A stretch of 64,000 bases of DNA from assembly GCA_043798375.1 (NCBI GenBank), contig JAZDOS010000028.1, positions 28,241 to 92,240 of the forward strand. The letters are read 5' to 3'. The notes under the pieces were generated by a model, which worked only from the letters and a program-made list of their open reading frames with translations, had not been told where the DNA came from and made no database searches. Below, in pieces: positions 27,767 through 37,626 of this stretch. The translations under genes and the position numbers were made by a program. The stretch comes from Candidatus Omnitrophota bacterium. Its GTDB lineage: Bacteria > Omnitrophota > Gorgyraeia > 2-01-FULL-45-10. Numbering within the stretch: position 1 is the stretch's first letter; each line of letters starts with the position of its first letter.

Positions 27767-29216
27767 CATCCAGGTATTCTTTAGGGAATATATTGTCAAG
27801 CCCCAGAATACAATTCGGGTCGAAGGCCTTTTTTATCCCGGCCATCTCCAGGATACCCTGTTTCCCGTACATCTCTTCCAGATACATGTGCTTTATCTTG
27901 CCTATGCCGTGCTCCGCCGAAACAGTCCCGCCCAGAGAAAGCCCCTTCCTGACAAAAGCCAAAATAAGATCGCGCGCATCCCTCTCTTCATCGGGTGATC
28001 CCGGAAGGATATTGGCATGGACATGATTTTCGCCTATGTGGCCGAATATCACGTGAGCCAAATTCTCTTTTTTAAACGCGTCCATATAAAAATCCATCAT
28101 CTCTATGAATTTATCGTCAGGCACGGCTATATCCGCGCTCAATTTTTTAAAACCGCTCCTTCGGAAGATCTCATTTACGGATTCCGGTATGGCGTAACGA
28201 AGCCGGGTAAAAATACGTGCGTCTTTTTCGTTCATCGCCGCCCACGTACTATCCATCGAAGAGTTGTGTTTCTCGATTAAATTAAGCCATTCTCCGATGG
28301 CCGCGTCGTCGATACTGCCATCCGTCTCCTGCTCGAAAAATATAGCGGCCTTCTTGCCCCTGGGAACATTTGTATTTTTTTCGTATAAAAATCCGAGCGC
28401 GTTTGAATCAAAGTACTCTACGGAAAGGATGCCTCTGGCGATTTTGGCGTCTTTCGCGAAGAGCCACGCGTCCGGCTCGCGGTCAAAAAATACAAACGAG
28501 CTGAATATGCCCGCAGGTTTTCTTACCAGCTCCATCCCGATCTCAACGATGACGGATAGCGTACCCTCCTGGCCTATGAAGAGGTCTATAATGTCCATCC
28601 CCGGTTTCGCGTAATACCCGGCCGAACTTTTGACGTTTGGCATCTTATACGCCGGCATCGGTATATCGATACGTCGTCCGCCGGGCAGCATAACCGCGGA
28701 ATTATCCTTGTCTATGAATTTTTCTCCGCGCCGGACGGAAAATATCTCGCCTGTGGCAAGTACCATTTTGAGCATATTGACGCGTTTTCTTGTGGGCCCG
28801 TATTTCAGCGACCTTGAACCGGAAGCGTTGGTAGCGACAGTGCCGCCTACGAACGCCGTCTTTTCGGTCGGATGCGACGTGTAAAACAATCCTTTTTTTT
28901 CGCAGGCGCTTTTAAATTCTTCCACCGGAACGCCTGCCTGGACCGTCGCGCTCATGCGGGCTTCCGAGATATCGACTATCTTATTAAGCCTTTCCGTAGA
29001 AATTACAACACCGCCGAACGGCACCCGCGATCCTGTTGTGCCGGTGCCCCCGCCGGAAATCGTCATCGGAATCTTATCGACATTGGCTTTTTTTATAAAA
29101 TCGGATAGTTCTTCGATGCTGGCAGGTATGATAACTTTATCGGCATGGCCGCCCTTAAGATTTGAGCTGTCCTCGAGGTAGTTAGTTAAAGCGGCAGGAT
29201 CGGTCTTTGTTAGCAT
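27732..29216 (-). CDS. FAD-linked oxidase (GlcD/D-lactate dehydrogenase-like)
   Basis: GGGTG, GQEGTL, FGHIGENHVH, SAEHGIG, FDPNCIL. Confidence 0.9.
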   Translation of the reverse strand: MLTKTDPAALTNYLEDSSNLKGGHADKVIIPASIEELSDFIKKANVDKIPMTISGGGTGTTGSRVPFGGVVISTERLNKIVDISEARMSATVQAGVPVEEFKSACEKKGLFYTSHPTEKTAFVGGTVATNASGSRSLKYGPTRKRVNMLKMVLATGEIFSVRRGEKFIDKDNSAVMLPGGRRIDIPMPAYKMPNVKSSAGYYAKPGMDIIDLFIGQEGTLSVIVEIGMELVRKPAGIFSSFVFFDREPDAWLFAKDAKIARGILSVEYFDSNALGFLYEKNTNVPRGKKAAIFFEQETDGSIDDAAIGEWLNLIEKHNSSMDSTWAAMNEKDARIFTRLRYAIPESVNEIFRRSGFKKLSADIAVPDDKFIEMMDFYMDAFKKENLAHVIFGHIGENHVHANILPGSPDEERDARDLILAFVRKGLSLGGTVSAEHGIGKIKHMYLEEMYGKQGILEMAGIKKAFDPNCILGLDNIFPKEYLDEPIQPARLTDR

Positions 29217-29253
29217 GAAACTAATTATACATCAAAAAGAAGGAATTGCAAGA

Positions 29254-29619
29254 TTAGCGCTTGATATATTCAAGCGCTCTTTTGGCTTCTGTATTCTGCC
29301 AATCTTTCTTGAAACCGGCATTCCGGCCTTCCGGATATGACGTCCTGAGCGGCGGTTGGATAGCGCTCGAACCGTAGGAATTTTGGATCGGATTCGTAGA
29401 ACTTTTGAAGTGGACCGCAAGAACAACGCCGGCGATAATTACAAAGGAAAACGCCGTGCAAGCGACAAGGCCTACTCTGTAATTGACGGCGCGGTTTGTG
29501 CGGCATTTCATTTCTATGCCGGATACCAGGTTTCCGGAGAGATATTCTCCGACGATTTCCAGCGCCTCGTTTTTATCGGCGGCTTCGGTGGTGATTTGTA
29601 TTGTTGTTTTATATTTCAT
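29254..29619 (-). CDS. Hypothetical single-TM protein
   Basis: ORF with a TTGACA-type promoter upstream and one hydrophobic helix. Confidence 0.65.
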   Translation of the reverse strand: MKYKTTIQITTEAADKNEALEIVGEYLSGNLVSGIEMKCRTNRAVNYRVGLVACTAFSFVIIAGVVLAVHFKSSTNPIQNSYGSSAIQPPLRTSYPEGRNAGFKKDWQNTEAKRALEYIKR

Positions 29620-29742
29620 AATTCAATCTTTGTATTTTGTTAACATATAAATTGTATACTATTCCACAAAGATTGTCAAGTCATAAAATCTATCTTTTTT
29701 AAACCTTAACCATAACCGGATTTAACCTACGAGGTTGAATGG

Positions 29743-30333
29743 TTATTTTTTGTTTTGGAGGGTTTTGATAAGCCTTTTGCCTAACGTGTGGGATTTGTTC
29801 ATGAAATTTTTTTTGCGCTTGATCTCCCCTTTAGCATCGACTCCGCCGCAATAGACTTCGCCATAGTATTTGATGCCAAGAACGGCGAAGAGGTTCTTCA
29901 AGACCTGCCTTGAATTCCTGAAAAAATCCTCCCTCCCGGCGCCGGATACGCACAGAAACACCCCGGCTCTTTTCTTTTCGGTTAAGGGCGGTTTTTTCAA
30001 GACTTCTTTCTTGATCCAATGAGGCTGGAATCTGTCGACCACAAGCTTGAGCTGGGCGGGGATATTACCGAAATATACGGGCGCGGCTATCGCGACAACA
30101 TCGGCATCGTCTATGCCATTATATATAAGGCGCATGTCATCGTCCATGCCGCACTCGCCGGTCTTATGGCAGCATTCGTTTTCCCTGCAAAACTTTATTT
30201 CGAGGTCGCTTAAAAATATCTTCTTGACCGAACATCTTCCCGCGGACATTGCGCCTTCAAGGAAGCTGTCCAGGATGAGTTCGCTGTTGCCGGCCTTGCG
30301 GGGGCTGGCGCATATTCCCAATACTTTGATCAA
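29743..30333 (-). CDS. Flavodoxin-like iron-sulfur flavoprotein / NADPH-dependent FMN reductase
   Basis: ASPRKAGNS, Cys cluster, DDM, APVYFG. Confidence 0.88.
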   Translation of the reverse strand: MIKVLGICASPRKAGNSELILDSFLEGAMSAGRCSVKKIFLSDLEIKFCRENECCHKTGECGMDDDMRLIYNGIDDADVVAIAAPVYFGNIPAQLKLVVDRFQPHWIKKEVLKKPPLTEKKRAGVFLCVSGAGREDFFRNSRQVLKNLFAVLGIKYYGEVYCGGVDAKGEIKRKKNFMNKSHTLGKRLIKTLQNKK

Positions 30334-30334
30334 T

Positions 30335-30517
30335 TTACTTAACGCTTATCGCGTTCACCGGGCATTGCCCAGCGATTTCTTTTATATCGCAAGAATCGCA
30401 CTTTTCGGATATCACATGCGCCAGGCCGTCGTCTCCCACTTCAAATACCTCAGAGCAATTTGAAGAGCATAGCCCGCAGCCGGTGCACAATGAATCGTCT
30501 ATGGAGATCTTCGCCAT
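30335..30517 (-). CDS. Ferredoxin
   Basis: CTGCGLC...CPVNAI. Confidence 0.92.
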   Translation of the reverse strand: MAKISIDDSLCTGCGLCSSNCSEVFEVGDDGLAHVISEKCDSCDIKEIAGQCPVNAISVK

Positions 30518-30551
30518 TCTGATCCCTCCCTTTTTCTTGCTCCTTCTTCGC

Positions 30552-30809
30552 TTATTTGGCTTCCTTATTCGGTATAGTTAAACCTACGGCCTTTGATATT
30601 TCCCGGAATTCTTTTTCATTGATATCATCAAGTGACTTGCGGCGCTTGTCAAGATGTTCGTTGAACTTGACCGCCTTCTCCTGCATCATCTCGTGCGTCT
30701 CCTCGGAGCCGCCGACTAAATGGAAATTCTCGCCTTTCGTGATCCTCACGTGGCCGTCTTTACAGTCGAAGCCCATGCCAAGCAATATTTTTCTGTATGC
30801 CCTGTTCAC
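30552..30809 (-). CDS. Small hypothetical protein
   Basis: GMGFDCKDGHVRITKGENFHLVGGSEETHE; operon spacing. Confidence 0.75.
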   Translation of the reverse strand: MNRAYRKILLGMGFDCKDGHVRITKGENFHLVGGSEETHEMMQEKAVKFNEHLDKRRKSLDDINEKEFREISKAVGLTIPNKEAK

Positions 30810-30824
30810 CCAGCACCTTCCTGA

Positions 30825-31196
30825 CTAAATCCTGTAGACAGAGTCCCCTATCCGGACGCGCGATTTGACAAGGAGGCCTATCTCCTGGGCCTTCCTGCCT
30901 TCCTGTATCGATACGTGGTCCAGCTGTATCGACCGGACCTTCTCCTTAAAATCCGTTGTGTGGCCTTTCAGGTAGATTTCGTCCCCAACCTTAAGGCCGT
31001 CTTTTAAAAGAAGGACCGCCGCGGCGTTGACGTGCGGAAAGTAATGAGTGACCTCGCCGATCTTTTCAAGCCCCAGTTCCGGCGCTTTCTTCACGGCTTT
31101 TTTAGCTGTCTTTTTCCGTGAAGCTTTGGCTTTCTTTACTTTCCTGACCTGTGCTTTCTTTACTCTCTTTACCGTCTTTTTTTTCTTCTTCGCCAT
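30825..31196 (-). CDS. Lys-rich tail + translation-factor-like beta-barrel protein
   Basis: IGEVTHYF, LKVGDEI..KGHTTDF..V.SIQ, VRIGDSVY. Confidence 0.78.
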   Translation of the reverse strand: MAKKKKKTVKRVKKAQVRKVKKAKASRKKTAKKAVKKAPELGLEKIGEVTHYFPHVNAAAVLLLKDGLKVGDEIYLKGHTTDFKEKVRSIQLDHVSIQEGRKAQEIGLLVKSRVRIGDSVYRI

Positions 31197-31229
31197 ATCG
31201 CACCCCCGAAATTTATGAATATTATATTA

Positions 31230-31859
31230 TCATACAAAATTATTTGCAAGGCAAATTTTATCATTTAGCGGGCACGATCCGCATTTGGGTTTGGTTTTAC
31301 AATAGTCTTTCGCAAGGCGTACTACAAGCGCGTGGTATTCGTTGAATAACCTATGTTTACGCGGAAGATTCTTCATGAAAAACCGTTGAATGTCGTCATA
31401 CCCGGCATCGCCAGAAATCAGCCCGAGCCTTGAGAAGACCCTTTTCGTATAAGCATCCACCACAAAAACGGGCCTCTGGAACGCGTATAGTAAAATCGAA
31501 TCGCATGTTTCCGGGCCGATGCCGTTCACGCCAAGAAGCTCCTCGCGCAGTCCTTCTGTATTGAGGCGCGACAGCTTGCCAAGATTCGAGCCATATCGCG
31601 AAGACAGGAACGACAAAAAATTCGCCAGCCTTCGCGCTTTGAGATTGTAGAAGCCTGCCGGTTTTATAAGCCGCGGCAGCCTTTTCGCGCCGACCCTCTT
31701 CATCCCGGAAGGAGATGATAATGCCCCTGCCTTCTTAAGGGAAATTATCGCTTTCTCGACGTTGGACCATGCGGTATTCTGCGTAAGGATGGCGCCTGCG
31801 ATCACCTCGAAACGCGTGTCGGCCGGCCACCAGCGTTGAGGCCCGTAGAATTTATACAA
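31230..31859 (-). CDS. Endonuclease III-related HhH-GPD DNA glycosylase
   Basis: GAILTQNTAW, GIGPETCDSILLYA, VVDAYT, C..KPKC..CPL..C. Confidence 0.9.
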   Translation of the reverse strand: MYKFYGPQRWWPADTRFEVIAGAILTQNTAWSNVEKAIISLKKAGALSSPSGMKRVGAKRLPRLIKPAGFYNLKARRLANFLSFLSSRYGSNLGKLSRLNTEGLREELLGVNGIGPETCDSILLYAFQRPVFVVDAYTKRVFSRLGLISGDAGYDDIQRFFMKNLPRKHRLFNEYHALVVRLAKDYCKTKPKCGSCPLNDKICLANNFV

Positions 31860-31881
31860 CCTTTTGTATATGCTGATTAGT

Positions 31882-32688
31882 TTATTCGAAATAATCCGTA
31901 TCGCTGTATTTATATTTACAGATGCCCCTTTTGGAGCCCCGGATGAATTCGACCAGGTGCGTAAGCTCTTTCGAGGGCGTCAATTTTTTAATCTCTTCTA
32001 TCGCCTGCGCCGTATTGAGTTCGGACATATACAAAAATTTATACGCTTCTTTGATGTTATTTATAAGCTCCCGCGAAAACTTCGCCCTCCTCAAGCCTAT
32101 CAGGTTGACCGACCGCACCACCGACGGGCCCCTCACCAGCATGTATGGCGGCACGTCTTTATTGACGCCTGTAAACCCTCCGATGATCGAAAGCGCCCCT
32201 ATGCGGCAGAATTGATGGACGACGACATTACCGGAAATGAACACGCCGTCTTCCACCAGCACGTGGCCGGCTAAAAGGGCGCAATTGGCTATGATGACGG
32301 AATTACCTATATGGCAATCGTGGCCTACGTGCGATACGGCCATTAGGTAGCAATTGTCGCCGATAACCGTGGGATGGTCTTCCTTGGTCCCTCTGTGCAC
32401 GGTGGCATATTCCCTGATCACGGTATTTTTACCGACAAAAAGGCGCGTCTTTTTGTTCTTATCGAACGTCAGGTCCTGAGGCAGGTGCCCGACTACGGCG
32501 CCCATGTGGATCTCGGCGCCCTCTCCTATCGATGTGCCGCCGGCAATATGCGCATGCGGCCAAATCTTCACGCGGTTTGAAATCTCAACATCGTCTTCGA
32601 TAACGGCGAACGGCCCTATCTCGACACCCTCCCCTATCCTGGCCTTTTTACTGACTATGGCCTTGTCGCTTATACTCACGGGACTCAT
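31882..32688 (-). CDS. lpxA: UDP-N-acetylglucosamine acyltransferase
   Basis: Hexapeptide repeats, PQDL, IREYATVHRGT, HVGHDC, VHQFCRIG, KDVPPY. Confidence 0.95.
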   Translation of the reverse strand: MSPVSISDKAIVSKKARIGEGVEIGPFAVIEDDVEISNRVKIWPHAHIAGGTSIGEGAEIHMGAVVGHLPQDLTFDKNKKTRLFVGKNTVIREYATVHRGTKEDHPTVIGDNCYLMAVSHVGHDCHIGNSVIIANCALLAGHVLVEDGVFISGNVVVHQFCRIGALSIIGGFTGVNKDVPPYMLVRGPSVVRSVNLIGLRRAKFSRELINNIKEAYKFLYMSELNTAQAIEEIKKLTPSKELTHLVEFIRGSKRGICKYKYSDTDYFE

Positions 32689-33122
32689 TTATTTTTTCCC
32701 TCTAATTTATCGAGCAGTTTATTTATCACCTCGGCGATCGGCATAATGTCGTCGCCGCGCCTAATATTCAGCCTCCTGTGGTGTTCGCCATGGTCCGAAA
32801 TTCTATGCAATTCTTTCTCCACCCTTTCCAGCGGGCCGGCGAAACGGTGAGAAAGGACTATCCCCCATAATATCAGGATTAAAAAGATCGGCGGCACCCC
32901 GATTAGCAGTATAAGGTTTATCTTGTGGATGACGGGAAAGAGGTTGTAGGCTATATATTCCGGTATCCCGATCTGCTCCGCCATGATCTTGAATATCAGA
33001 TAATAGAGGCAGGCCGTTACAAAGATAAGGGGTACTATCATCGATACCATCAAAAGGCCCAGATATCTCATCTGGATACGGCTTCCTGTAAGATATTTTG
33101 TCCTAAGGAATCTCGCTCTCAA
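32685..33122 (-). CDS. Two-TM membrane protein with HAMP-like segment
   Basis: SHRFAGPL..R.GD motif after second TM. Confidence 0.7.
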   Translation of the reverse strand: MRARFLRTKYLTGSRIQMRYLGLLMVSMIVPLIFVTACLYYLIFKIMAEQIGIPEYIAYNLFPVIHKINLILLIGVPPIFLILILWGIVLSHRFAGPLERVEKELHRISDHGEHHRRLNIRRGDDIMPIAEVINKLLDKLEGKNK

Positions 33123-33877
33123 GGTCTCCTCCTTCCAGCCTTATTCGGCTCTTCTTTATAACCGACCGTTATCTCGTCATACAGGGCTTCGGCGGACGTC
33201 TGGGTGTGTTCCGCGTTAGTCATGAACGCGATAGCGCCTATGCCGGCCTCCGGCGGACGCCCAAACATCTTTATGTAATCCGATACGATGTCCCTTTCTT
33301 CCGTAAACCAAACGTTTTCTTCATCTATGCCGCTCTTCAACACCATGAGCTTGATATTCTCGGAGTAGGGGCTTGTCCCGACAGCGCCCGCGGGAAGCGA
33401 TTCCGCCCAGACATATTCAAGGACCTTGTAGTTTGTGATGAACATCGCCGGGAAAATGACGTAAAACCTCGCGGCAAAATCGTCCTCGTTCTCCCCGTCT
33501 AAGCTCTCTTCGAATTTCTTGGCCGGGAAAATCCGCGCCCTCCACTTCCAGCTTATTACAGGATGTTTGTTTTTGGCGTCGATATTTATGCGGTAATATA
33601 ACGCCGAGGCCGATTTATCGCTCGTGCCCCTTACGTAAGAGAGGTCTCCCGACTTCTCGATATTATACGCGACCCTGCCCTTAAAAACTTTCTCTTCCCA
33701 GTCCTTCAGCGAATCGTTTTCCGAAAAAGGGAATTGCGCAAGAAGCCCTACCTTATATTTCGATACCGGCGCCGCCCCTCTCTTCTTTAAGGGCGGGCCG
33801 AAGAACAGGGCCGTAAATATTATCGAGATTATTATTATGGCGTAAATCCAGAACCGTTTCGGCAAAATTTGTTTCAT
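33119..33877 (-). CDS. DUF3047-like protein
   Basis: ISWKW, DDFAARFYVIF, LEYVWA, WFTEERDIVSDY; start at MKQILP, downstream of a TTGACA-17-TAAAAT promoter. Confidence 0.75.
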   Translation of the reverse strand: MKQILPKRFWIYAIIIISIIFTALFFGPPLKKRGAAPVSKYKVGLLAQFPFSENDSLKDWEEKVFKGRVAYNIEKSGDLSYVRGTSDKSASALYYRINIDAKNKHPVISWKWRARIFPAKKFEESLDGENEDDFAARFYVIFPAMFITNYKVLEYVWAESLPAGAVGTSPYSENIKLMVLKSGIDEENVWFTEERDIVSDYIKMFGRPPEAGIGAIAFMTNAEHTQTSAEALYDEITVGYKEEPNKAGRRRP

Positions 33878-33934
33878 CGTATTATCGGTATATTTTATGT
33901 TTATACGCAAGGATTGTCAATGAAATAAGAGGGT

Positions 33935-33994
33935 CAATACAACCTGCGAGGTTAACTGGTATAAAACTACCGGCAAACCTCGCAGGTTGTATTG
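33935..33994. repeat. REPIN-like doublet copy 2
   Basis: caatacaacctgcgaggtt..aacctcgcaggttgtattg. Confidence 0.92.
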
Positions 33995-34016
33995 GTATCG
34001 TAGATTGTATTGTTAC

Positions 34017-34055
34017 AAAAATCCCCTGCTCTTTTTAAGGAGCAGGGGATTTTTT
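34017..34055. terminator. Rho-independent terminator after the porin gene
   Basis: aaaaatcccctgctc-loop-gagcaggggattttt. Confidence 0.88.
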
Positions 34056-34074
34056 ATTATACAACTAACTATAC

Positions 34075-35604
34075 TTAGAAGCTTACCTTTACCGTTCCGA
34101 CTAAGTCGGTAGCAACCTTATCATATCCACTCTGATTACTTGCAGCACTAACTACTAAGCTGCTTCGGTAAGTTTCATTCGGCACGAACCATGCGGCGAG
34201 AAGGCCGAAGCTAACATCTTCTGTATAATCCCAGTTGATGTTAATGTCGACTTCCTGACCGATGAATCCGCCGGTCGACTGACCGTCAAGCACGTTCGCG
34301 TTAAACGTTCCCGTATTGGGGGTCCAGAAATACTGATTCCAGAACAAGTTGTAGTTCGCCTTCACCGTTACGCTATCGATCGGCTGAACGCTCCCCATGA
34401 AGACCATCTGATGCTGGTTGGTCCTGGAATCATCCGCGCATGACTGCGTAACAGCGCCACTCACCGCATATCTTGCCGTCGAGTAAAACTTGCCGACAAA
34501 TTCACGGATGGCGGAATCGAACTTGCCTCTATACATCGGATTCCACCCGGTATAGGTGCCGCCGGCATTGACATCGCCATAGCTCTCATTCTTATCGCCG
34601 GAGTAGTAAATATACTCAGCGCCTATCTTAGGCTTCCATGCCGTCTTATCGGCAAAATACCTGCATTCGCCGCTCACATCGAGCGCCCATGCGCTGCGGG
34701 GCCTCGAAGTCTGCTGCAGAGTCGAACCCAGATACGAACCGCCCTGCCACGCGATTTCTCCGTTTAGCGTGAAGGCGTTGATCGGATCGAAACTGCCTCT
34801 CAAGCCCAGCGTATAGACGTTATTGGTGCTCTGCGTCTCGCCGAAATGAGTGATCGAATCATCCTGCTGGTAGAACCAGTATGCTTCGGATTCGGCGTTG
34901 TAGGAGTTGAACTTGTAGCCTACGTTTACGCCCCACAGGTCGACGCCGTCTTTGGCCTGCACCCCATCGGTGTAGATGTTCGAGTAAATACCTGTGATCG
35001 TCCACGGATCGTAATCCAACACCGCCTTCACCGCGTCAAACGAATTGATGGCGGTGTATTCCGGAGCCGACAGGTTGCCGCTTGCAAGTATCGTATTCGA
35101 GCCTGGCCCGGAACCAGGGTTTTGCTGGTTGGCGCCTACGATGAAGCCTTTACCGAACCATAGGTCCTGGCGGCCGATCGTCACCGTCAGCGGCGAATAG
35201 ATGAAATTCTTCAACTGCACATACGCCAGGTCGATCATCACGTCGAACTCATCCTGGTTAGCGATATAAAGCCCGCGGCCGTTTGGATTCATCGTGCCCG
35301 TCGCACCGGTCGAATCATAAACGTTCCAGTCTCTCTGATTGAGGATCCTGATGACGGTCTGGACGTTATCCGTCAGGTCCGCGTCGATCTGGACGGCGGC
35401 AACTGACATCAGCCATTGTTGCTGAGCGCTGTCTGTTCCGGTGATAATCGCTTCATCCGGATGGCTCCTTAAGTTATACTGATCTCTCAGCAAAGCCCTC
35501 ATCGTGAGGTCTCCGCTTACCTTTACGCTCTGGGTTTCAGCGTAAACGCTTCCCGCAACCGAGAGCGCTATCGCTAAAACGCAAAGTATCCTTAAAAACT
35601 TCAT
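34075..35604 (-). CDS. Outer-membrane beta-barrel (alginate export/AlgE-like porin)
   Basis: Signal peptide, IGRQDL..G.GFIVG, GQEVD, terminal Phe; own promoter and terminator. Confidence 0.78.
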   Translation of the reverse strand: MKFLRILCVLAIALSVAGSVYAETQSVKVSGDLTMRALLRDQYNLRSHPDEAIITGTDSAQQQWLMSVAAVQIDADLTDNVQTVIRILNQRDWNVYDSTGATGTMNPNGRGLYIANQDEFDVMIDLAYVQLKNFIYSPLTVTIGRQDLWFGKGFIVGANQQNPGSGPGSNTILASGNLSAPEYTAINSFDAVKAVLDYDPWTITGIYSNIYTDGVQAKDGVDLWGVNVGYKFNSYNAESEAYWFYQQDDSITHFGETQSTNNVYTLGLRGSFDPINAFTLNGEIAWQGGSYLGSTLQQTSRPRSAWALDVSGECRYFADKTAWKPKIGAEYIYYSGDKNESYGDVNAGGTYTGWNPMYRGKFDSAIREFVGKFYSTARYAVSGAVTQSCADDSRTNQHQMVFMGSVQPIDSVTVKANYNLFWNQYFWTPNTGTFNANVLDGQSTGGFIGQEVDININWDYTEDVSFGLLAAWFVPNETYRSSLVVSAASNQSGYDKVATDLVGTVKVSF

Positions 35605-35870
35605 AATACCTCCTTTTAGGAATTTCTTATTATATATATGAAAGTTTGGATTGGTTGTCCAACTTTATGTATGCATTACTTCTTTATCTATATCACCACA
35701 TCCTGATAGCTTAAGGCTATTTTAGATACCACCTCCTCTTTCGCCAAGATTTAAGTTATCTATGGTGTTATAGGCTGAACTGCTCCTAAAATTTACTCTG
35801 TAAAATTTTAGGATGGCCATTCCAAAATTTTACATTGAAAATTTTGGAATTACTATTTATTATTAACATA

Positions 35871-35898
35871 AGTATAGCATATGTTAGGAATTTGTCAA
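35871..35898 (-). promoter_or_regulatory. Sigma70 promoter of the porin gene
   Basis: TTGACA-16-TATACT with extended TG. Confidence 0.78.
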
Positions 35899-35913
35899 GC
35901 CCTTTGCGCAGGT

Positions 35914-36558
35914 TCAACAGTTAGCGGCTAAATATGCGGAATTCCTAACCAAAGCCTTGATTTCGGCATCTTTGAGCCCTATATCTTGCAGGATACGCCT
36001 TGCCTGGCTATGGGATACCAGATCATCGCCTGAATGGGCGTCGTTATTCAGTACGAGCTTCGCGCCTCCCAGATTAGCCATCTTAAAGACGCGCTTATTT
36101 GTCTTCAGGTGATTCTTCCTTGTGGTAAGCTCGAGATAGACGTTATTCCTTGCGGCCAGGACGGCGTCTTCCCTGTTTATAAGGCCGGGGTGGGCCAGGA
36201 TATCGCAGCGAGCTTCTATGGCCCTCCTGTTTGTACCCGGCATAACGGGTTCGGAGAGGGTCTCCCCGTGAACCACCACTATCTTCGCGCCGAGTTTTCT
36301 GGCGAGCCTGACAAGCGGTTTAATCTCTTGTATCGGCGCGTGCGTAATTTCAGCCCCCGGAATCGAGCGGATTTTCCAGTAACGGTTCAATACCTTACAG
36401 ACATTCACGATCCTCGGGATAACGAAATCGATATTGGAGGCGTCGACGTGGTCGGAGAGCGCGATCGCCGTGTAGCCTTTCGCTTCCGCGCGCCTCACCA
36501 GCTCGCTTGGCAGAAGTTCGCCGTCAGAAAATAGCGTATGTGTATGTAAGTCTATCAT
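35914..36558 (-). CDS. PHP domain protein (histidinol-phosphatase-like family)
   Basis: MIDLHTH, SDH, GAEITH, VVHGET, ILAHPG, NDAH; the ORF-track extension into the tRNA is spurious. Confidence 0.9.
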   Translation of the reverse strand: MIDLHTHTLFSDGELLPSELVRRAEAKGYTAIALSDHVDASNIDFVIPRIVNVCKVLNRYWKIRSIPGAEITHAPIQEIKPLVRLARKLGAKIVVVHGETLSEPVMPGTNRRAIEARCDILAHPGLINREDAVLAARNNVYLELTTRKNHLKTNKRVFKMANLGGAKLVLNNDAHSGDDLVSHSQARRILQDIGLKDAEIKALVRNSAYLAANC

Positions 36559-36565
36559 AAATAAC

Positions 36566-36672
36566 TCAAAAGGCAAAACGCAAAAGGTAAAAGTGTTGTG
36601 TCCTTCAGACCTAAATTTGCGATTTTGATTTTTGCCTTGAACTTTTACCTTTTTACTTTTGCCTTTTACCTT
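36566..36672. repeat. Inverted pair of about 7-bp-period arrays
   Basis: tcaaaag gcaaaac gcaaaag gtaaaag ... cttttac/cttttgc units. Confidence 0.7.
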
Positions 36673-36696
36673 TCCGTTGGCTGAGGCCAAATTTGA

Positions 36697-36773
36697 TGGC
36701 GCCCCTGGCCCGAGTCGAACGGGCGACACCAGGTTTAGGAAACCTGTGCTCTATCCATCTGAGCTACAGGGGC
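36697..36773 (-). tRNA. tRNA-Arg(CCT)
   Basis: GCCCCTG/CAGGGGC acceptor, CAGGT-TTCCTAA-ACCTG anticodon arm, GTTCGA T-loop, encoded CCA. Confidence 0.96.
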
Positions 36774-36861
36774 GAGTATACCACAGAATATTGTAAAGTG
36801 AAAGTGATTATAGCAACTTTTTCGGAGGGTGTAAAGGAAGAATTTATGGAGTGCAAACTCT

Positions 36862-37191
36862 TTAGGTAACTTTCAAGTGTGACGCATGCCTGCCGGTAAG
36901 TTTAGGAAAGGAAATACTAAGCCCGCGTCCTAATGACCGCGCTATCTTGATCATCGTCTCTAATGTCAGGTTCTTCTCTTCCCCCGTCTCGATCTGCGAT
37001 ATGAACTGTTGGGATACGCCAAGCTTCTTGGCCAGATCCGCCTGCCGCATATGCTTCTCTCCTCTAATCTCGGCAATCCTCTGCGCCAACGCGACCTTTA
37101 CGCACTCAATTTCATAGAGCCGATTAAACTCTTTATCTTTCAGCTTTTCTTTTAACCCTATGTCAACATTTTCTAATTTAACTTTTCTCAT
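36862..37191 (-). CDS. XRE-family HTH antitoxin (HigA-like)
   Basis: MRQADLAKKLGVSQQFISQIETG. Confidence 0.88.
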   Translation of the reverse strand: MRKVKLENVDIGLKEKLKDKEFNRLYEIECVKVALAQRIAEIRGEKHMRQADLAKKLGVSQQFISQIETGEEKNLTLETMIKIARSLGRGLSISFPKLTGRHASHLKVT

Positions 37192-37196
37192 TTTTC

Positions 37197-37571
37197 TTAC
37201 CTCTCAAGTTCAATTCGTTCAATATTAGCTCCGCAGGCCTCTATTTTCATCCTTCTCTTTATACATAATTTCAAGTCGTTCTCCGGTATCTTATTAACGT
37301 GTTTCTTAATCGCATGGACCAATACCGCCCTGTCGCGCAAGTAAAAGAAATAGAATATTCGGTTGTCTCTAGGCCGTAATTCATATATGCCGTCTCTTAA
37401 ATAATCCGCCATGGGCCTACGCAGATTATTGCCTTGATTTTTTAATTCAGCGATATAGGCGTAAACCTTAGCCTGTTCTTTCTCGGTCAAAGAATTGATG
37501 AATTCCTTAACCGGTTTACAACCGTCATCGTCTATAAAATAATATACGCCTTTAAGCATGCCTATACCCAC
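37197..37571 (-). CDS. RelE/ParE (HigB/Gp49-like) toxin
   Basis: PVKEFI, LRDGIYELR..RIFYF..VLVHAIKK; toxin-first order. Confidence 0.88.
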   Translation of the reverse strand: MGIGMLKGVYYFIDDDGCKPVKEFINSLTEKEQAKVYAYIAELKNQGNNLRRPMADYLRDGIYELRPRDNRIFYFFYLRDRAVLVHAIKKHVNKIPENDLKLCIKRRMKIEACGANIERIELER

Positions 37572-37576
37572 TTTAA

Positions 37577-37605
37577 AGTATACAAGATATAACTTGTTTT
37601 GTCAA
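37577..37605 (-). promoter_or_regulatory. Sigma70 promoter with palindromic operator in the spacer
   Basis: TTGACA-17-TATACT; acaag-N6-cttgt at 37582-37597. Confidence 0.82.
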
Positions 37606-37626
37606 GCTTAAAAGGAAAAATAGGAG

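Noticed and set aside
36559-36729. N-terminal extension of the PHP ORF
   Set aside because: Runs through the tRNA and a repeat array; the real start is MIDLHTH at 36558.
36697-37600. Prophage or integrative island at tRNA-Arg
   Set aside because: No integrase, no duplicated tRNA 3' end, no phage genes.
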